In this document: in pieces, positions 39,968 to 50,293 of the stretch
Position numbering within the stretch: position 1 is the first letter of the stretch
How the letters are laid out: the number at the start of each line of letters is the position of its first letter
Source of the DNA: an uncultured delta proteobacterium
Lineage (GTDB): Bacteria; Desulfobacterota; Desulfobacteria; Desulfobacterales; B30-G6
DNA: 64,000 bases
Assembly: GCA_963823335.1 (NCBI GenBank)
Contig: CAWGLD010000001.1
Location: 672,001-736,000 of the forward strand
Direction of reading: 5' to 3'
Translations under genes and position numbers: made by a program
Notes under the pieces: generated by a model
What the model saw: the letters and a program-made list of their open reading frames with translations, nothing else
What the model was told of the DNA's origin: nothing
Databases searched by the model: none

Positions 39968-40432
39968 CTACTTGCCGACGCAACGAGTGAAATCAATCCG
40001 GTCAAATTTGTCCAGGCGATTTTGATGCCGCCCTCCGTCAAATTCCGTTTTGAGCCATGCTTTCACGATCTCTTTGGCCAGCACGTCACCAATAACCCGA
40101 CCGCCCAGGACAAGGATGTTGGCATCGTTATGCTGACGGCTCATGACTGCGGCAAAAATATCACCGCAAAGTGCCGCCCTGACACCCGGAAAACGATTGG
40201 CTACCATGGACATACCAAGACCGGTACCGCACATCAGAAGACCCCGTTTCTGTTTACCGGAGGAGATGGCTGACGCTACCTTGATACCAAAATCGGGATA
40301 ATCCACGGAATCGGTCCCCAGGGCGCCGACATCTTCAACCGCAAAGCCCAGGCTCTCAAGATAAGATTTGATGGTTTCCTTCATCTGGTAGGCCGCGTGA
40401 TCACTGCCGATGACAATGGTTTCCTGTTCCAT
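39968..40432 (-). CDS. rpiB: Ribose-5-phosphate isomerase B
   Basis: GSDHA, SVDYPD, CGTGLG, HNDANIL, FDGGRH. Confidence 0.96.
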   Translation of the reverse strand: MEQETIVIGSDHAAYQMKETIKSYLESLGFAVEDVGALGTDSVDYPDFGIKVASAISSGKQKRGLLMCGTGLGMSMVANRFPGVRAALCGDIFAAVMSRQHNDANILVLGGRVIGDVLAKEIVKAWLKTEFDGGRHQNRLDKFDRIDFTRCVGK

Positions 40433-40779
40433 TAAAATCCTTTCCTTAATAAAATCGTATTTACGATTTTATCTGACGTGACTGCGTCACTTATTTCTTT
40501 TTACATTTCCGTAAAACATATATCGATAAGGGATATCTGACCTTAACCGCCAGGTATTCTTTATCGATATTCATTGATTACCGCAAGCAAAAAAAGGGTG
40601 GCCAGACGACTTCTCATCAGGGGAAACAGACACCATCACCCGGAAATTTCAAAAATCTGCTCGGTCCCGACACAAGTAATTTCAACCTGAAACGGTCGTT
40701 ATTTACGACCAAGGGTGAAACAGGACAAGTCAGATTATGCTGACTGGAGGTTGTCTCCGCCAGGGTCGGTTGGTTTATC

Positions 40780-42021
40780 TCAGGATGGATATTTCTTGAA
40801 TATCAGTGTGGCGTTGGTTCCACCGAAACCAAAAGAATTCGACATGGCGAGAGCGATATCCTGCTTCCTGGCCACATTCGGCACATAATCCAGATCGCAC
40901 TCTTCGGCTACATTCTCATAATTGATGGTCGGTGGAAGGATGCCGTCATGAATGGCCAGCGTCGTAAAAACTGCTTCAACGCCCCCGGCGGCCCCCAGCA
41001 GGTGCCCGGTCATGGACTTGGTGGAACTTACCGGTATAGCGTGAGCTTTCTCCTTGAACACAGCCTTGATGGCTCTTGTTTCGTAAAGATCATTCAGGGG
41101 GGTCGAAGTGCCGTGTGCATTGATATAGTCGATATCTTGATAGGAAAGGTCTGCATCGGACAGCGCGGCATTGATGCATCTGATCGCCCCCCCGCCGTCC
41201 GGAGGTGGTGAGGTAATATGGTAAGCGTCTCCACTCATCCCATACCCTGCCATCTCGGCGTAGATGTGAGCGCCTCTTTCGAGTGCATTTTCCAGTGTTT
41301 CCAGGATGACGATCCCACCCCCTTCTCCGACGACAAAACCGTCCCGATCTCGATCAAATGGTCTTGATGCTTTCTGTGGATCGTCATTTCGCGTCGACAG
41401 GGCTTTCATGGCATTGAACCCGGCGATACAGGTGGGTGTAATCGTCGACTCAACACCGCCGGCAATCATGGCATCGGCGGCACCCCTCTTGATAAGCTTG
41501 AAGGCATCGCCAATGGCATGCGACCCGGCAGCACAGGCAGTGGCCACCGAGACATTCGGTCCTTTGGTCCCGAAGTGAATCGATATCATCCCTGGAGCCA
41601 TGTTGCCGATCATCATGGGAATAAAAAAGGGCGTCACCCGGTTGGGCCCCTTGCTGTCGACAACCCGGGTGATATCCTCCAGGATGGACAGCCCACCCAG
41701 ACCGCAACCGGTCACGACACCCACGCGGTCTTCATTGCGTTCGTCGATCTGTAACCCCGATGCGTCCATTGCCATTCGCGTTGCAGCAATCGCATAGGCA
41801 ATGAACAGCGAGGTCCGTCGAGCTTCCTTCAGGGGCAGAAAATCCTGCGGATGAAAATCTTTTACCTCTCCAGCTATCTGCGTGGCAAACCTTGACGCAT
41901 CAAATCGTGTAATCGCACCGATGCCGGATCTTCCGGCGCACACCCCTTCCCAGGATGCCTTGACACCGATGCCCACAGGCGTAACCAGACCCAATCCCGT
42001 AATGACAACTCGTCTACTCAA
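40780..42021 (-). CDS. fabF: 3-oxoacyl-ACP synthase II
   Basis: RRVVITG, TACAAG, NAHGTST, KSMTGHLLGAAG, SNSFGFGG. Confidence 0.97.
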   Translation of the reverse strand: MSRRVVITGLGLVTPVGIGVKASWEGVCAGRSGIGAITRFDASRFATQIAGEVKDFHPQDFLPLKEARRTSLFIAYAIAATRMAMDASGLQIDERNEDRVGVVTGCGLGGLSILEDITRVVDSKGPNRVTPFFIPMMIGNMAPGMISIHFGTKGPNVSVATACAAGSHAIGDAFKLIKRGAADAMIAGGVESTITPTCIAGFNAMKALSTRNDDPQKASRPFDRDRDGFVVGEGGGIVILETLENALERGAHIYAEMAGYGMSGDAYHITSPPPDGGGAIRCINAALSDADLSYQDIDYINAHGTSTPLNDLYETRAIKAVFKEKAHAIPVSSTKSMTGHLLGAAGGVEAVFTTLAIHDGILPPTINYENVAEECDLDYVPNVARKQDIALAMSNSFGFGGTNATLIFKKYPS

Positions 42022-42067
42022 GCAAACTCCTTCAACAGTTGAATATCTCTAACTTCACCCTGCGAAA

Positions 42068-42295
42068 TTAGCGGGCATTAATAAAGTCGATGGCATCTTT
42101 GACCGATTCAAGCTTTTCCGCGTCTTCATCGGAGATATCGATATCGAATTCTTCTTCCATGGTCATGATCAGTTCCACCAGATCCAGTGAATCCGCCCCC
42201 AGATCATCGACAAACGATGCTTCAGGTATGACTTCCGCCAAATCGACACTCAACTTCTCTGCAATAATTTTTTTAACTTTATCTTCGATTGACAT
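42068..42295 (-). CDS. acpP: Acyl carrier protein
   Basis: [21 protein letters not shown] favours the MSIEDK start. Confidence 0.97.
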   Translation of the reverse strand: MSIEDKVKKIIAEKLSVDLAEVIPEASFVDDLGADSLDLVELIMTMEEEFDIDISDEDAEKLESVKDAIDFINAR

Positions 42296-42455
42296 TGAAT
42301 GCATCTCCTTTTATTCCGTCCAGCATAACCGGACCACGTCTAATAATTTTTAAAGATTGATTTTCTCTTAACCTTAAGCGATAAGCGGTTCACGCCCTCA
42401 AACCCTCCAAACCTCAGACCCTCCTACCCTGCTTTTTTTACCCCTGGACCCATCT

Positions 42456-43202
42456 TTACGTATACATCCCCCCACTGACATGCAGTACCTGGCCGGTAAT
42501 ATAGGCCGCCTCGTCAGAGGCAAGAAACTTGATGGCTGCCGCGACCTCCGACAACTTTCCTGCCCTTCCCATGGGAATGAATGCCAGCATGGCTTCTTTT
42601 GCCTTTTCCTGAAGCGATGCGGTCATATCGGTCTCCAGATAACCGGGGGCCACGGCATTCACTGTGATTCCTCTGGTGGCCATTTCTTTGGCAACAGATT
42701 TGGTAAGCCCGATGATGCCGGCCTTTGATGCAGCATAGTTGGCCTGGCCCGGGTTTCCCATGGCGCCTACAACAGACGTGACATTGACAATCCTGCCGTA
42801 GCGCTTTCGTATCATGAGACGGATCACCGGTTTGATACAGTTGAAGGTGCCTTTCAGGTTGGTTTCCAGAACATCGTCCCAGTCTGATTCTTTCATCATT
42901 GCAATCAGGCCATCACGTGCTATGCCCGCATTGTTAACCAGAATGTCTATTTTTTGGGATGTTGCGGCAATCCGTTTGAACCAGGCACTGACCATGTTAA
43001 AGGAGCTGATATCGACACGCTCTGCGTCCCAGCTCCCGCCGGCGGCGGCAATCAGTTCCCCGGTCTCCTGGGCTCCTGTTTCCGATGCATGGTAATTAAA
43101 ATAAATATGGGTGCCGGGGTCTGCAAAGGTCTGGCAGATTACCCGCCCGAGACCCCGCGAGCCTCCCGTGACAACCACAATGCGTTTTTCATCCTGTGTC
43201 AT
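42456..43202 (-). CDS. fabG: 3-oxoacyl-ACP reductase
   Basis: TGGSRGLG, NNAG, GNPGQANYAASKAG; ATGA overlap with the upstream gene. Confidence 0.95.
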   Translation of the reverse strand: MTQDEKRIVVVTGGSRGLGRVICQTFADPGTHIYFNYHASETGAQETGELIAAAGGSWDAERVDISSFNMVSAWFKRIAATSQKIDILVNNAGIARDGLIAMMKESDWDDVLETNLKGTFNCIKPVIRLMIRKRYGRIVNVTSVVGAMGNPGQANYAASKAGIIGLTKSVAKEMATRGITVNAVAPGYLETDMTASLQEKAKEAMLAFIPMGRAGKLSEVAAAIKFLASDEAAYITGQVLHVSGGMYT

Positions 43203-44875
43203 GAAGCCCCCTGGAACAAGCAACCTGCAACAATATCCATTTCCGTGATGACCTTGTCATAACCGAGCATCAGCGCTGCATAATCCAGGTCCTGTAGGTA
43301 GGTCGCCATCTCTTCCGGGCTGAAAACCCCTGTTCCCAACAGTATCAAGGGAATATTTTTTGCTGTAAGCTGTGCTACTTCGTTGGCAAATATTCTGGAT
43401 ATGGCCCGGAATTTTTCCGCGTCAGGATGTCCGTCTTTCATCAAGCCGGCCGCCTTTCTTGCCAGGCTTGCACCTACTTCCACGTGGGTCATCAAGTCTG
43501 CCAGGCCGAACATGACATATTGCTGGCGGGTTAACCGGTTGTCATGAACCCGATTGATGGTTTCGTTCAGCAGTCTGGTGCAGTATCCCAGCAGGGCACC
43601 CCCGCCGTTCTTGAAAGAAGTCTCGAGGGCTGCCATTTCCGAACTGAGGCGGTTATAAAAGTCGCCCTTTGTCTTACGCGATATTTTCCATCGGTAGGTA
43701 CCGATGATATTTTGCTGAATCTCGCTGGTGCCTTCGTAAATGCAGGTAATTTTGACATCCCGCTTTATTTTTTCGACTTCGAATTCAGAAATATACCCAT
43801 ATCCGCCAAGCGCCTGCATGGCGTCGTCTGCAGCCCTGTTTGCCGCTTCGGTGGTGAACAGCTTGGCAATGGAGCCCTCCACCTGGATGTCTTTCTCGCC
43901 ATCACGGTCAACTTCTAGAACCATCTCCTCGATATAGGCAGCGGCGGCTTCGAGTCTTACCACGTGAGGTACCACCAGCTTGTGGGTATAGCCCTGCTTT
44001 TCAGACAAGGGAGAACCAAACTGGATCCGTTCTTTGGCATACTGGATTACGATATCCATGGCAGCCTCGGCAGCCCCCAGTGCCATGGATGCCACCATGA
44101 GACGCGTGTAGCCGAATACCTTGTTGGCCTGTTTCAATCCCTTGCCGGGAATGCCGCCCACCAGGTTTTCCAGCGGCACGAACACGTCCCGAAAAGACAA
44201 GGGAGACGTATTCGAGGCACGGATGCCATGCTTTTCTTCACCCTTGCCCTGGTCAAATCCCTGGGTTCCTTTTTCCACGATAAAAAAGGAAGGCCCCTCC
44301 GGTGTCTTTGCCAAAAGGGTGATAAAATCCGCATATCCTCCGGTGGAGATAAACTGTTTTGTTCCGTTAATCCTGTAGCCGGTAATCCGTCCGTCATCGT
44401 CGGAGACAGGTTCGGCTTTGGTCTTGAGGGCCGCCAGGTTGCTGCCGGCGCCTGCTTCGGTCACTGCGTAGGCCACCAGGGACGTCCCTTCCGCGATGGT
44501 GCCGAGCCATTTCTCTTTCTGCGCCTCGGTGCCCCCGACGATTATGGGATCTGCACCCAGTTGGATCGCGAAAAAAGCGGTCCCCACGCCCAGGCATATC
44601 TTGGCCATTTCCCGGGTGACCTCACAACAGTCTCTGGCACCGCCTCCCATTCCGCCATAGGCTTCCGGGATAAAAATGAGCTGGAGCCCGATATCGGGTC
44701 CCAGCATCTGGCGGATCGTCTCTTCCGGGAAGACTTCATCCCTGTCGAAAGATAGAATCGATTCCTTTGACAGTAGCTTTTTTTTCAAAGACCTGACGGT
44801 ATCGATGACCATCTGCCTCAATTCAGGGTCGATTCCATAAAAAGCGCTTTCCGTCTCAGTGGGATGTGTTGGCAT
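43199..44875 (-). CDS. Acyl-CoA dehydrogenase-family protein with C-terminal extension
   Basis: IPEAYGGMG, AYAVTEAGAGSN, NGTKQFIS, KHGIRASNT, RIQFG, LGGYGY, IYEGTSEIQ. Confidence 0.93.
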   Translation of the reverse strand: MPTHPTETESAFYGIDPELRQMVIDTVRSLKKKLLSKESILSFDRDEVFPEETIRQMLGPDIGLQLIFIPEAYGGMGGGARDCCEVTREMAKICLGVGTAFFAIQLGADPIIVGGTEAQKEKWLGTIAEGTSLVAYAVTEAGAGSNLAALKTKAEPVSDDDGRITGYRINGTKQFISTGGYADFITLLAKTPEGPSFFIVEKGTQGFDQGKGEEKHGIRASNTSPLSFRDVFVPLENLVGGIPGKGLKQANKVFGYTRLMVASMALGAAEAAMDIVIQYAKERIQFGSPLSEKQGYTHKLVVPHVVRLEAAAAYIEEMVLEVDRDGEKDIQVEGSIAKLFTTEAANRAADDAMQALGGYGYISEFEVEKIKRDVKITCIYEGTSEIQQNIIGTYRWKISRKTKGDFYNRLSSEMAALETSFKNGGGALLGYCTRLLNETINRVHDNRLTRQQYVMFGLADLMTHVEVGASLARKAAGLMKDGHPDAEKFRAISRIFANEVAQLTAKNIPLILLGTGVFSPEEMATYLQDLDYAALMLGYDKVITEMDIVAGCLFQGAS

Positions 44876-44934
44876 TCAGTTACCTTTAAGATAGTTACCG
44901 GTTCGCGACAACGGTTGTACCAAATCCAGGGGGA

Positions 44935-45114
44935 CTATTCTTCAGTCTCGATAACGGTCCTGCCTTTGTAAGTTCCACAACTCGGGCATGCGTGGTGGGG
45001 CTGGACAGCCTCACCACACTGGGGGCAGGATGCCAGGTTCGGGGCGGTCAGTTTTTGATGCGTCCGTCGTTTGTCACGTTTTGACTTGGATGTCTTCCTT
45101 TTTGGAACAGGCAT
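44935..45114 (-). CDS. rpmF: 50S ribosomal protein L32 (59 aa, absent from the ORF track)
   Basis: Manual translation MPVPKRKTSKSKRDKRRTHQKLTAPNLASCPQCGEAVQPHHACPSCGTYKGRTVIETEE; AGGAG RBS. Confidence 0.97.
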   Translation of the reverse strand: MPVPKRKTSKSKRDKRRTHQKLTAPNLASCPQCGEAVQPHHACPSCGTYKGRTVIETEE

Positions 45115-45185
45115 AAGTAATCTCCTAACTGCTTGTATTTAATATAAAATAATCACTTTCCATGCTTAACGAGAGCGTGGATCCT

Positions 45186-45214
45186 CTAGTAATTGAATTC
45201 ATTCTAATTGTCAA
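45186..45214 (-). promoter_or_regulatory. Candidate sigma70 promoter of the rpmF operon
   Basis: TTGACA-17 bp-TACTAG. Confidence 0.5.
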
Positions 45215-45489
45215 GGATTTTCCCTGATTATTTATGTTGTCCTCTTGTGCTGTGTTCCTATATGTGCTACTGAGGTCATCCATAAAATGAACGCCCCTGC
45301 AATATTTGCATAACCAACTGTTTATATTGTTATATTTTTTTATGGACGGCGATATGACAGCAAATTTAGCCACACAAGCTTTTTTTTTAAGAAAGTTGGT
45401 TCATAGGGACCGCAAAAATCGCGACAGGCCGAAAAAGAAAATAAATTGACTAATTGCTACACCAGAAAACAAGTAATAAAGGTAACAAA

Positions 45490-46902
45490 ATGGATATGAT
45501 CATCACCCGATTTCCACCAAGCCCCACCGGCTATCTGCATGTGGGCGGCGCCCGGACCGCCCTGTTCAACTGGCTTTACGCCCGGCACATGAAAGGCAAG
45601 TTTGTTCTCCGGATCGAAGATACCGATGCGGCCCGTTCGACCCAGGCTTCTGTGGATGCTATATTCGAAGCGTTGGAATGGTTGGGGATCGACTGGGATG
45701 AAGGCCCCTTTTATCAATCCCGGCGCTATCCCATCTATCAGGAGTACATCGACAAGCTCATCCAAACCGGCAATGCCTATTACTGCACCTGTAGCCCCGA
45801 GCAGCTCGAATCCATGCGGGCAAAAGCAATGGCCACCGGTGAAAAACCCAAATATGACGGGACCTGCAGGGGTAAAAGCCTGCCAAAGTCAGAAAATGCT
45901 GTGGTGCGTTTCAAGGCGCCCCTGACCGGTACGACCCTGCTGGAAGATGTCATCAAGGGGAATATCACATTTCAGAACGATGAACTGGATGATTTCATCA
46001 TTGCACGAAGCGACGGATCCCCGACATACAACTTTGTCGTGGTTGTCGACGATATCACCATGCAGATCAACACCATCATACGGGGTGACGATCACGTGAT
46101 GAACACACCCAAGCAGATGCTGCTTTACCAGGCCTTGGGGGCGCAACTTCCGGTATTTGGGCACGTACCCATGGTCCTTGGAAAAGATCGCTCCCGTCTC
46201 AGCAAGCGGCATGGCGCCACATCCGTCACCGCCTATCGTGACATGGGCTTTCTGCCGGAAGCGGTTGTGAATTACCTGGTACGCCTGGGCTGGTCCTACG
46301 GTGACCAGGAATTTTTTACCAAGGACGAGCTCATCGAAAAATTCAGCCTGAAAAACATCGGGCGTGCCGCCGGTATATTCGACCAGGAAAAGCTTACCGC
46401 TCTCAATGCCGATCACATCCAGGCCACACCACCTGAAACGCTTGCCAAACTGCTGGTTCCCTTTCTGAAGAACATCGGCCTGCATGCCGAATCGGACGAG
46501 TGTCTTGTCAAGGTTGTCAAGACACTGGTTCAGCGGAGTAAGACACTGGAGGAAATGGCCACGGCGGCGGTCTTCTATTTTGCCGAGACCATCGAATACG
46601 AGGAAAAAGCCGCCAAAAAATTTTTAAAGCCTGCTGCCAGGCAACCCCTGCAGCTTCTCATGGATGCCCTGGGCACCATCGAGACATTTACCGAAGAAAA
46701 CCTGGAAAACGCCTTTAAATCCGTTATGGACAAGACCGGTCTGAAACTCGGCAAGATTGCCCAGCCGGTGCGCGTGGCCCTGACCGGCAAGACAGCCAGC
46801 CCCGGTATCTTTGAAATAACCGAAATTATCGGCAAGGAAAAGGTAATTTATCGTCTGAAACAGGCTGTCACATATATTGAGCAGATAACGGAAAAAGAAT
46901 AG
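45490..46902 (+). CDS. gltX: Glutamate--tRNA ligase
   Basis: RFPPSPTGYLHVGG, LRIEDTD, IRGDDH, LSKRHG. Confidence 0.97.
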   Translation: MDMIITRFPPSPTGYLHVGGARTALFNWLYARHMKGKFVLRIEDTDAARSTQASVDAIFEALEWLGIDWDEGPFYQSRRYPIYQEYIDKLIQTGNAYYCTCSPEQLESMRAKAMATGEKPKYDGTCRGKSLPKSENAVVRFKAPLTGTTLLEDVIKGNITFQNDELDDFIIARSDGSPTYNFVVVVDDITMQINTIIRGDDHVMNTPKQMLLYQALGAQLPVFGHVPMVLGKDRSRLSKRHGATSVTAYRDMGFLPEAVVNYLVRLGWSYGDQEFFTKDELIEKFSLKNIGRAAGIFDQEKLTALNADHIQATPPETLAKLLVPFLKNIGLHAESDECLVKVVKTLVQRSKTLEEMATAAVFYFAETIEYEEKAAKKFLKPAARQPLQLLMDALGTIETFTEENLENAFKSVMDKTGLKLGKIAQPVRVALTGKTASPGIFEITEIIGKEKVIYRLKQAVTYIEQITEKE

Positions 46903-47118
46903 GTTCGGGTTTGTTGAGTTCATTGAGTTTATTGTGTTTCTTGTGTTTGCCTATCTAAAAGTTTATGCTTGACTTATTACCCGATTGTTTTGTATCAGAC
47001 CACAAGATTTCGATATGAAACGTAACTGCTGTTGACAGTAGAATAAAAATTCATATCACCTACAGACAATAAAAATAGCGGCAAAGCCGCGTCATATAAA
47101 TTTGTGAAACAAATTTAT

Positions 47119-47192
47119 TGGGGGATCGTCTAGTGGTAGGACGACGGGTTCTGGCCCCGTTAACCCAGGTTCGAACCCTGGTCCCCCAGCCA
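47119..47192 (+). tRNA. tRNA-Gln (anticodon CTG)
   Basis: Acceptor TGGGGGA/TCCCCCA, anticodon arm ACGGG-TTCTGGC-CCCGT, T-arm CCAGG-TTCGAAC-CCTGG, encoded CCA. Confidence 0.96.
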
Positions 47193-47201
47193 AACAATAA
47201 C

Positions 47202-47240
47202 AAGGGGTTATGGTTCAATGCCATAACCCCTTATTTTTTT
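47202..47240 (+). terminator. Rho-independent terminator after tRNA-Gln
   Basis: AAGGGGTTATGG-loop-CCATAACCCCTT followed by a T run. Confidence 0.85.
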
Positions 47241-47491
47241 TGCTAACCTAAAATCATTTTTATAATTATCATCCACGGCCTGTCACACCGGAAGCCGCAA
47301 GCGCCAGTCTCATCGCTCTTGTTATTATTACATCAGGGACTTAGATGCTATTCTGAGTCTCTGGTTCTTTTTTTCTTTTCAGACTCTGCCCTCCGTTTTC
47401 CGTCCACTGACCTTCTGATCTTCTTAACTTCTGCGCTTAGGCCTCTGTATAAGTGATTGCTAAATTATTGAACCGCAACAGCGAGCGCATT

Positions 47492-47633
47492 CCCCGTAGC
47501 CTGCTGCGGGGTTAGCGAGCGAATCTAAATTAGACAGAACTCCTTACGGTCGATGCGCAGCGCTGCCGTACGGCAGAACATTCCTCGTAGGTTCTGCCGT
47601 TCGGCAGTGCTTCGCATGCTGCGAGGTTCTTCA
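47492..47633. repeat. Composite REP/MITE-like element with nested CTGCC-N4-GGCAG palindromes
   Basis: CCCCGTAGCCTGCTGCGGGG hairpin; ATTCCTCG...GCTGCGAGGTTCTTCAA arms match 28728-28763; CTGCCGTACGGCAG and CTGCCGTTCGGCAG. Confidence 0.62.
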
Positions 47634-47790
47634 ATTTTCCTATGACATGATACTGCCATAAAACAGCGGTGGTGGTAAAAATGAAATTATCGAAAAAACA
47701 TTGACTCACAAACATCGGTTTGAAATAGTTGTTTTTGGAAAAAGCAAATCCCTCTCTTTTTATAATAACTATAAAAAAAAGGAGCCGCTT

Positions 47791-49674
47791 TTGAAAAACA
47801 TATTACACAAAACTCCCTTCTCTTTTCTTCCGGAAAAGGCAATTGAAGATCTTCTAAGCCACTTTTCCCCTGAAACAATAAAAAAAGACACCATACTTCT
47901 GACACAGGAAATATCACCGGTTGAAAAATTTATCGTTCTTTCCCAGGGATCTGCCCAGTATTTTTTTGAACAAAACAATGAAAAAACCCTTCAGGGACGA
48001 TTAGGTGAAGGAGACAATTTCGGGGGCATCTCAATCCTGCTGAATGATGCTGTGGCCATAAGAACATTGAAAGTACTTGAAGATTCTGTTTTTTTTAATT
48101 TGGATGCCGACATTTTTTTAAAGACCTGCACAGAATTTGAAGAATTTAAAACCTTTTTTACCAATGTTTTTGGAAATTTGATGCTGAATAAATCCTACGC
48201 CGGTATTGTTGCACGACAGATAAAGGACAAGGAATTTAATCTGCCTTTTTTTAACCAGCCCATTTCAGCAATTTTCAGACCAAATATCGTCACCCTTCCG
48301 CATGATGCAACCATTCATGAAGCCGCTCAAAAAATGGCAAAAAACAGTTCAGGTTCAATATTTATAAAGGACGAAAAAGGAAAAGTTAATGCCATATTGA
48401 CAGATGCCGATCTGAGAAACAGCGCCATAGCAAAAGGGCTGGACATTGAACATCCTGCTGCCGCCATTGCATCCTCCCCCGTTTTTTCAGTCCCTGCCGA
48501 TTCCCAGGTTTTTGAAGCATTTGTCACAATGATCAGCGTGGACAAGAAATATCTGGCGGTCTCCAGCAAAGCCAACAATATTATCGGCACAATTTCCGAT
48601 AAGGATTTGATCGCCGCGCAGGCAGATTCTACAAATCTTCTTATAAAAACAATTAAATCAGTCAAGAACGCCAGTCAGCTCGAGAACATGCACTCGAGAA
48701 TGGCGCTGATGCTTCTGGACCCCATCCGAAACGGTGCAAACCCTGAATATATCACCCGGTTGATCACAACAATTTCCGATGCTATTCTGGACAAGGTCAT
48801 TGAACTCAGCATTGCAAAACTGGGTAAGCCACCATGTAAATTTGCCTTCATGATCATGGGATCAGAGGGTCGTGAAGAGCAAACCCTTGTATCTGACCAG
48901 GACAATGGCATTGTTTATGAAGACCTTGAAAATGATAAAGACAAGGCATCTGCAGAAGAATATTTCAGTAAACTCGCCGAACTGGTGTGTAGCCAGCTCG
49001 ATGCTGCCGGATACAAGTTTTGCACCGGCGAATGCATGGCCAAAAACCCTAAATGGTGTCAGTCGCTGACAAACTGGAAAAGATATTTTCACAACTGGAT
49101 CTATAACGGGTCGCCCGAAGATCTTCTTCATTCAAGTATTTTTGTCGATTTCAAAGGGGTTTGGGGAGATTTGGGCCTCACAGACAAACTGAAAGAATTT
49201 CTGCTGGCTTCCGTTGGAAAACAACCCGGGTTTTTAAGATATCTAACTGAAAACGCATTGTATTTTAAGCCACCCATGGGCTTGTTCGGAAAGCTGGTTG
49301 TTGAATCCGAAGGGGAACATAAGGACTCTTTCAATGTCAAATCGGCTATGCAGCCAATTGTTGACTTTGCACGGATCTATTCATTGAAACACGGTATCGT
49401 TCAAACCAATACCCTCACAAGGCTTTTCCGGCTGTATACAAAACGTGTATTAACCAATGAACAGTATATCGATCTGGTACAATCCTACAAATATGTGATG
49501 CATTTAAGGTTCTTAAGGCAGATTACCACCATTGTCGATGAAGAAAAGGAGCCGGACAATTATATCAATCCGAATAACCTTTCTTACCTTGATAAGGCCA
49601 TGCTAAAAGAGCTGTTTAAAAAAATTAAGCAGTTTCAACAGAAATTGAAAGCCGAATTTGTTGGAACGACCTAG
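47791..49674 (+). CDS. cNMP-binding / CBS-pair / DUF294 nucleotidyltransferase-like signalling protein
   Basis: GDNFGG cNMP domain, two CBS motifs (ILTDADL, ISDKDL), MGSEGREEQTLVSDQDN, MAKNPKW; TTG start with AAGGAG RBS. Confidence 0.9.
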   Translation: MKNILHKTPFSFLPEKAIEDLLSHFSPETIKKDTILLTQEISPVEKFIVLSQGSAQYFFEQNNEKTLQGRLGEGDNFGGISILLNDAVAIRTLKVLEDSVFFNLDADIFLKTCTEFEEFKTFFTNVFGNLMLNKSYAGIVARQIKDKEFNLPFFNQPISAIFRPNIVTLPHDATIHEAAQKMAKNSSGSIFIKDEKGKVNAILTDADLRNSAIAKGLDIEHPAAAIASSPVFSVPADSQVFEAFVTMISVDKKYLAVSSKANNIIGTISDKDLIAAQADSTNLLIKTIKSVKNASQLENMHSRMALMLLDPIRNGANPEYITRLITTISDAILDKVIELSIAKLGKPPCKFAFMIMGSEGREEQTLVSDQDNGIVYEDLENDKDKASAEEYFSKLAELVCSQLDAAGYKFCTGECMAKNPKWCQSLTNWKRYFHNWIYNGSPEDLLHSSIFVDFKGVWGDLGLTDKLKEFLLASVGKQPGFLRYLTENALYFKPPMGLFGKLVVESEGEHKDSFNVKSAMQPIVDFARIYSLKHGIVQTNTLTRLFRLYTKRVLTNEQYIDLVQSYKYVMHLRFLRQITTIVDEEKEPDNYINPNNLSYLDKAMLKELFKKIKQFQQKLKAEFVGTT

Positions 49675-49686
49675 TAGAGAGAACTT

Positions 49687-50187
49687 ATGGAAAATAACCA
49701 AACACTGAATGATAAGAGAATACTTGTTGTTGATGATGAGCCCGATATCCTTGAAACGCTGGAAGAGCTTTTAGAGGACATGTATATGGTTGACCCGGCA
49801 TCCTCATTTGAGGCTGCCGTTTCCTGTCTCAAAAACAATACCTATGATGTAGCCATATTAGACATCATGGGAGTCAGGGGGTATGATCTTCTGGAGGCCA
49901 CGCATACTTTGGGAATTCCAACCTTGATGCTGACGGCACACGCACTCACCCCGGATAACCTGAAAAAATCAATTGAACTGGGTGCCGATGCTTATATACC
50001 CAAGGATAAAATGGTGGATATCTCCTTGTATGTAGAAGATGTTTTAATCTCTCGACAAGACAAAAGAAAAAACAATTTCAAATGGTATACCAGGTTGAGA
50101 CCGCTTTTTGATGAATTCTTCGGGGAAGGATGGAAGGACCCGGAAAAGCGGTTCTGGGACGAGTTTGATAAAAAACACATAGCGTAG
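49687..50187 (+). CDS. Response regulator (receiver plus short aromatic C-terminal tail)
   Basis: ILVVDDE, AILDIMGV, MLTAHA, YIPK. Confidence 0.9.
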   Translation: MENNQTLNDKRILVVDDEPDILETLEELLEDMYMVDPASSFEAAVSCLKNNTYDVAILDIMGVRGYDLLEATHTLGIPTLMLTAHALTPDNLKKSIELGADAYIPKDKMVDISLYVEDVLISRQDKRKNNFKWYTRLRPLFDEFFGEGWKDPEKRFWDEFDKKHIA

Positions 50188-50293
50188 TGAAACCTCATCT
50201 CGGCCAAACCATTTTTCAGCAGAACCCCGAGTCTCTCTGATGGATTTCCCTAAATCACAGGCAACGACAGATTTCTATATGGAGGAAAGATAC

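Noticed and set aside
47119-47700. Prophage or ICE integrated at tRNA-Gln
   Set aside because: No integrase, phage or conjugation genes, and no att duplication seen in the window
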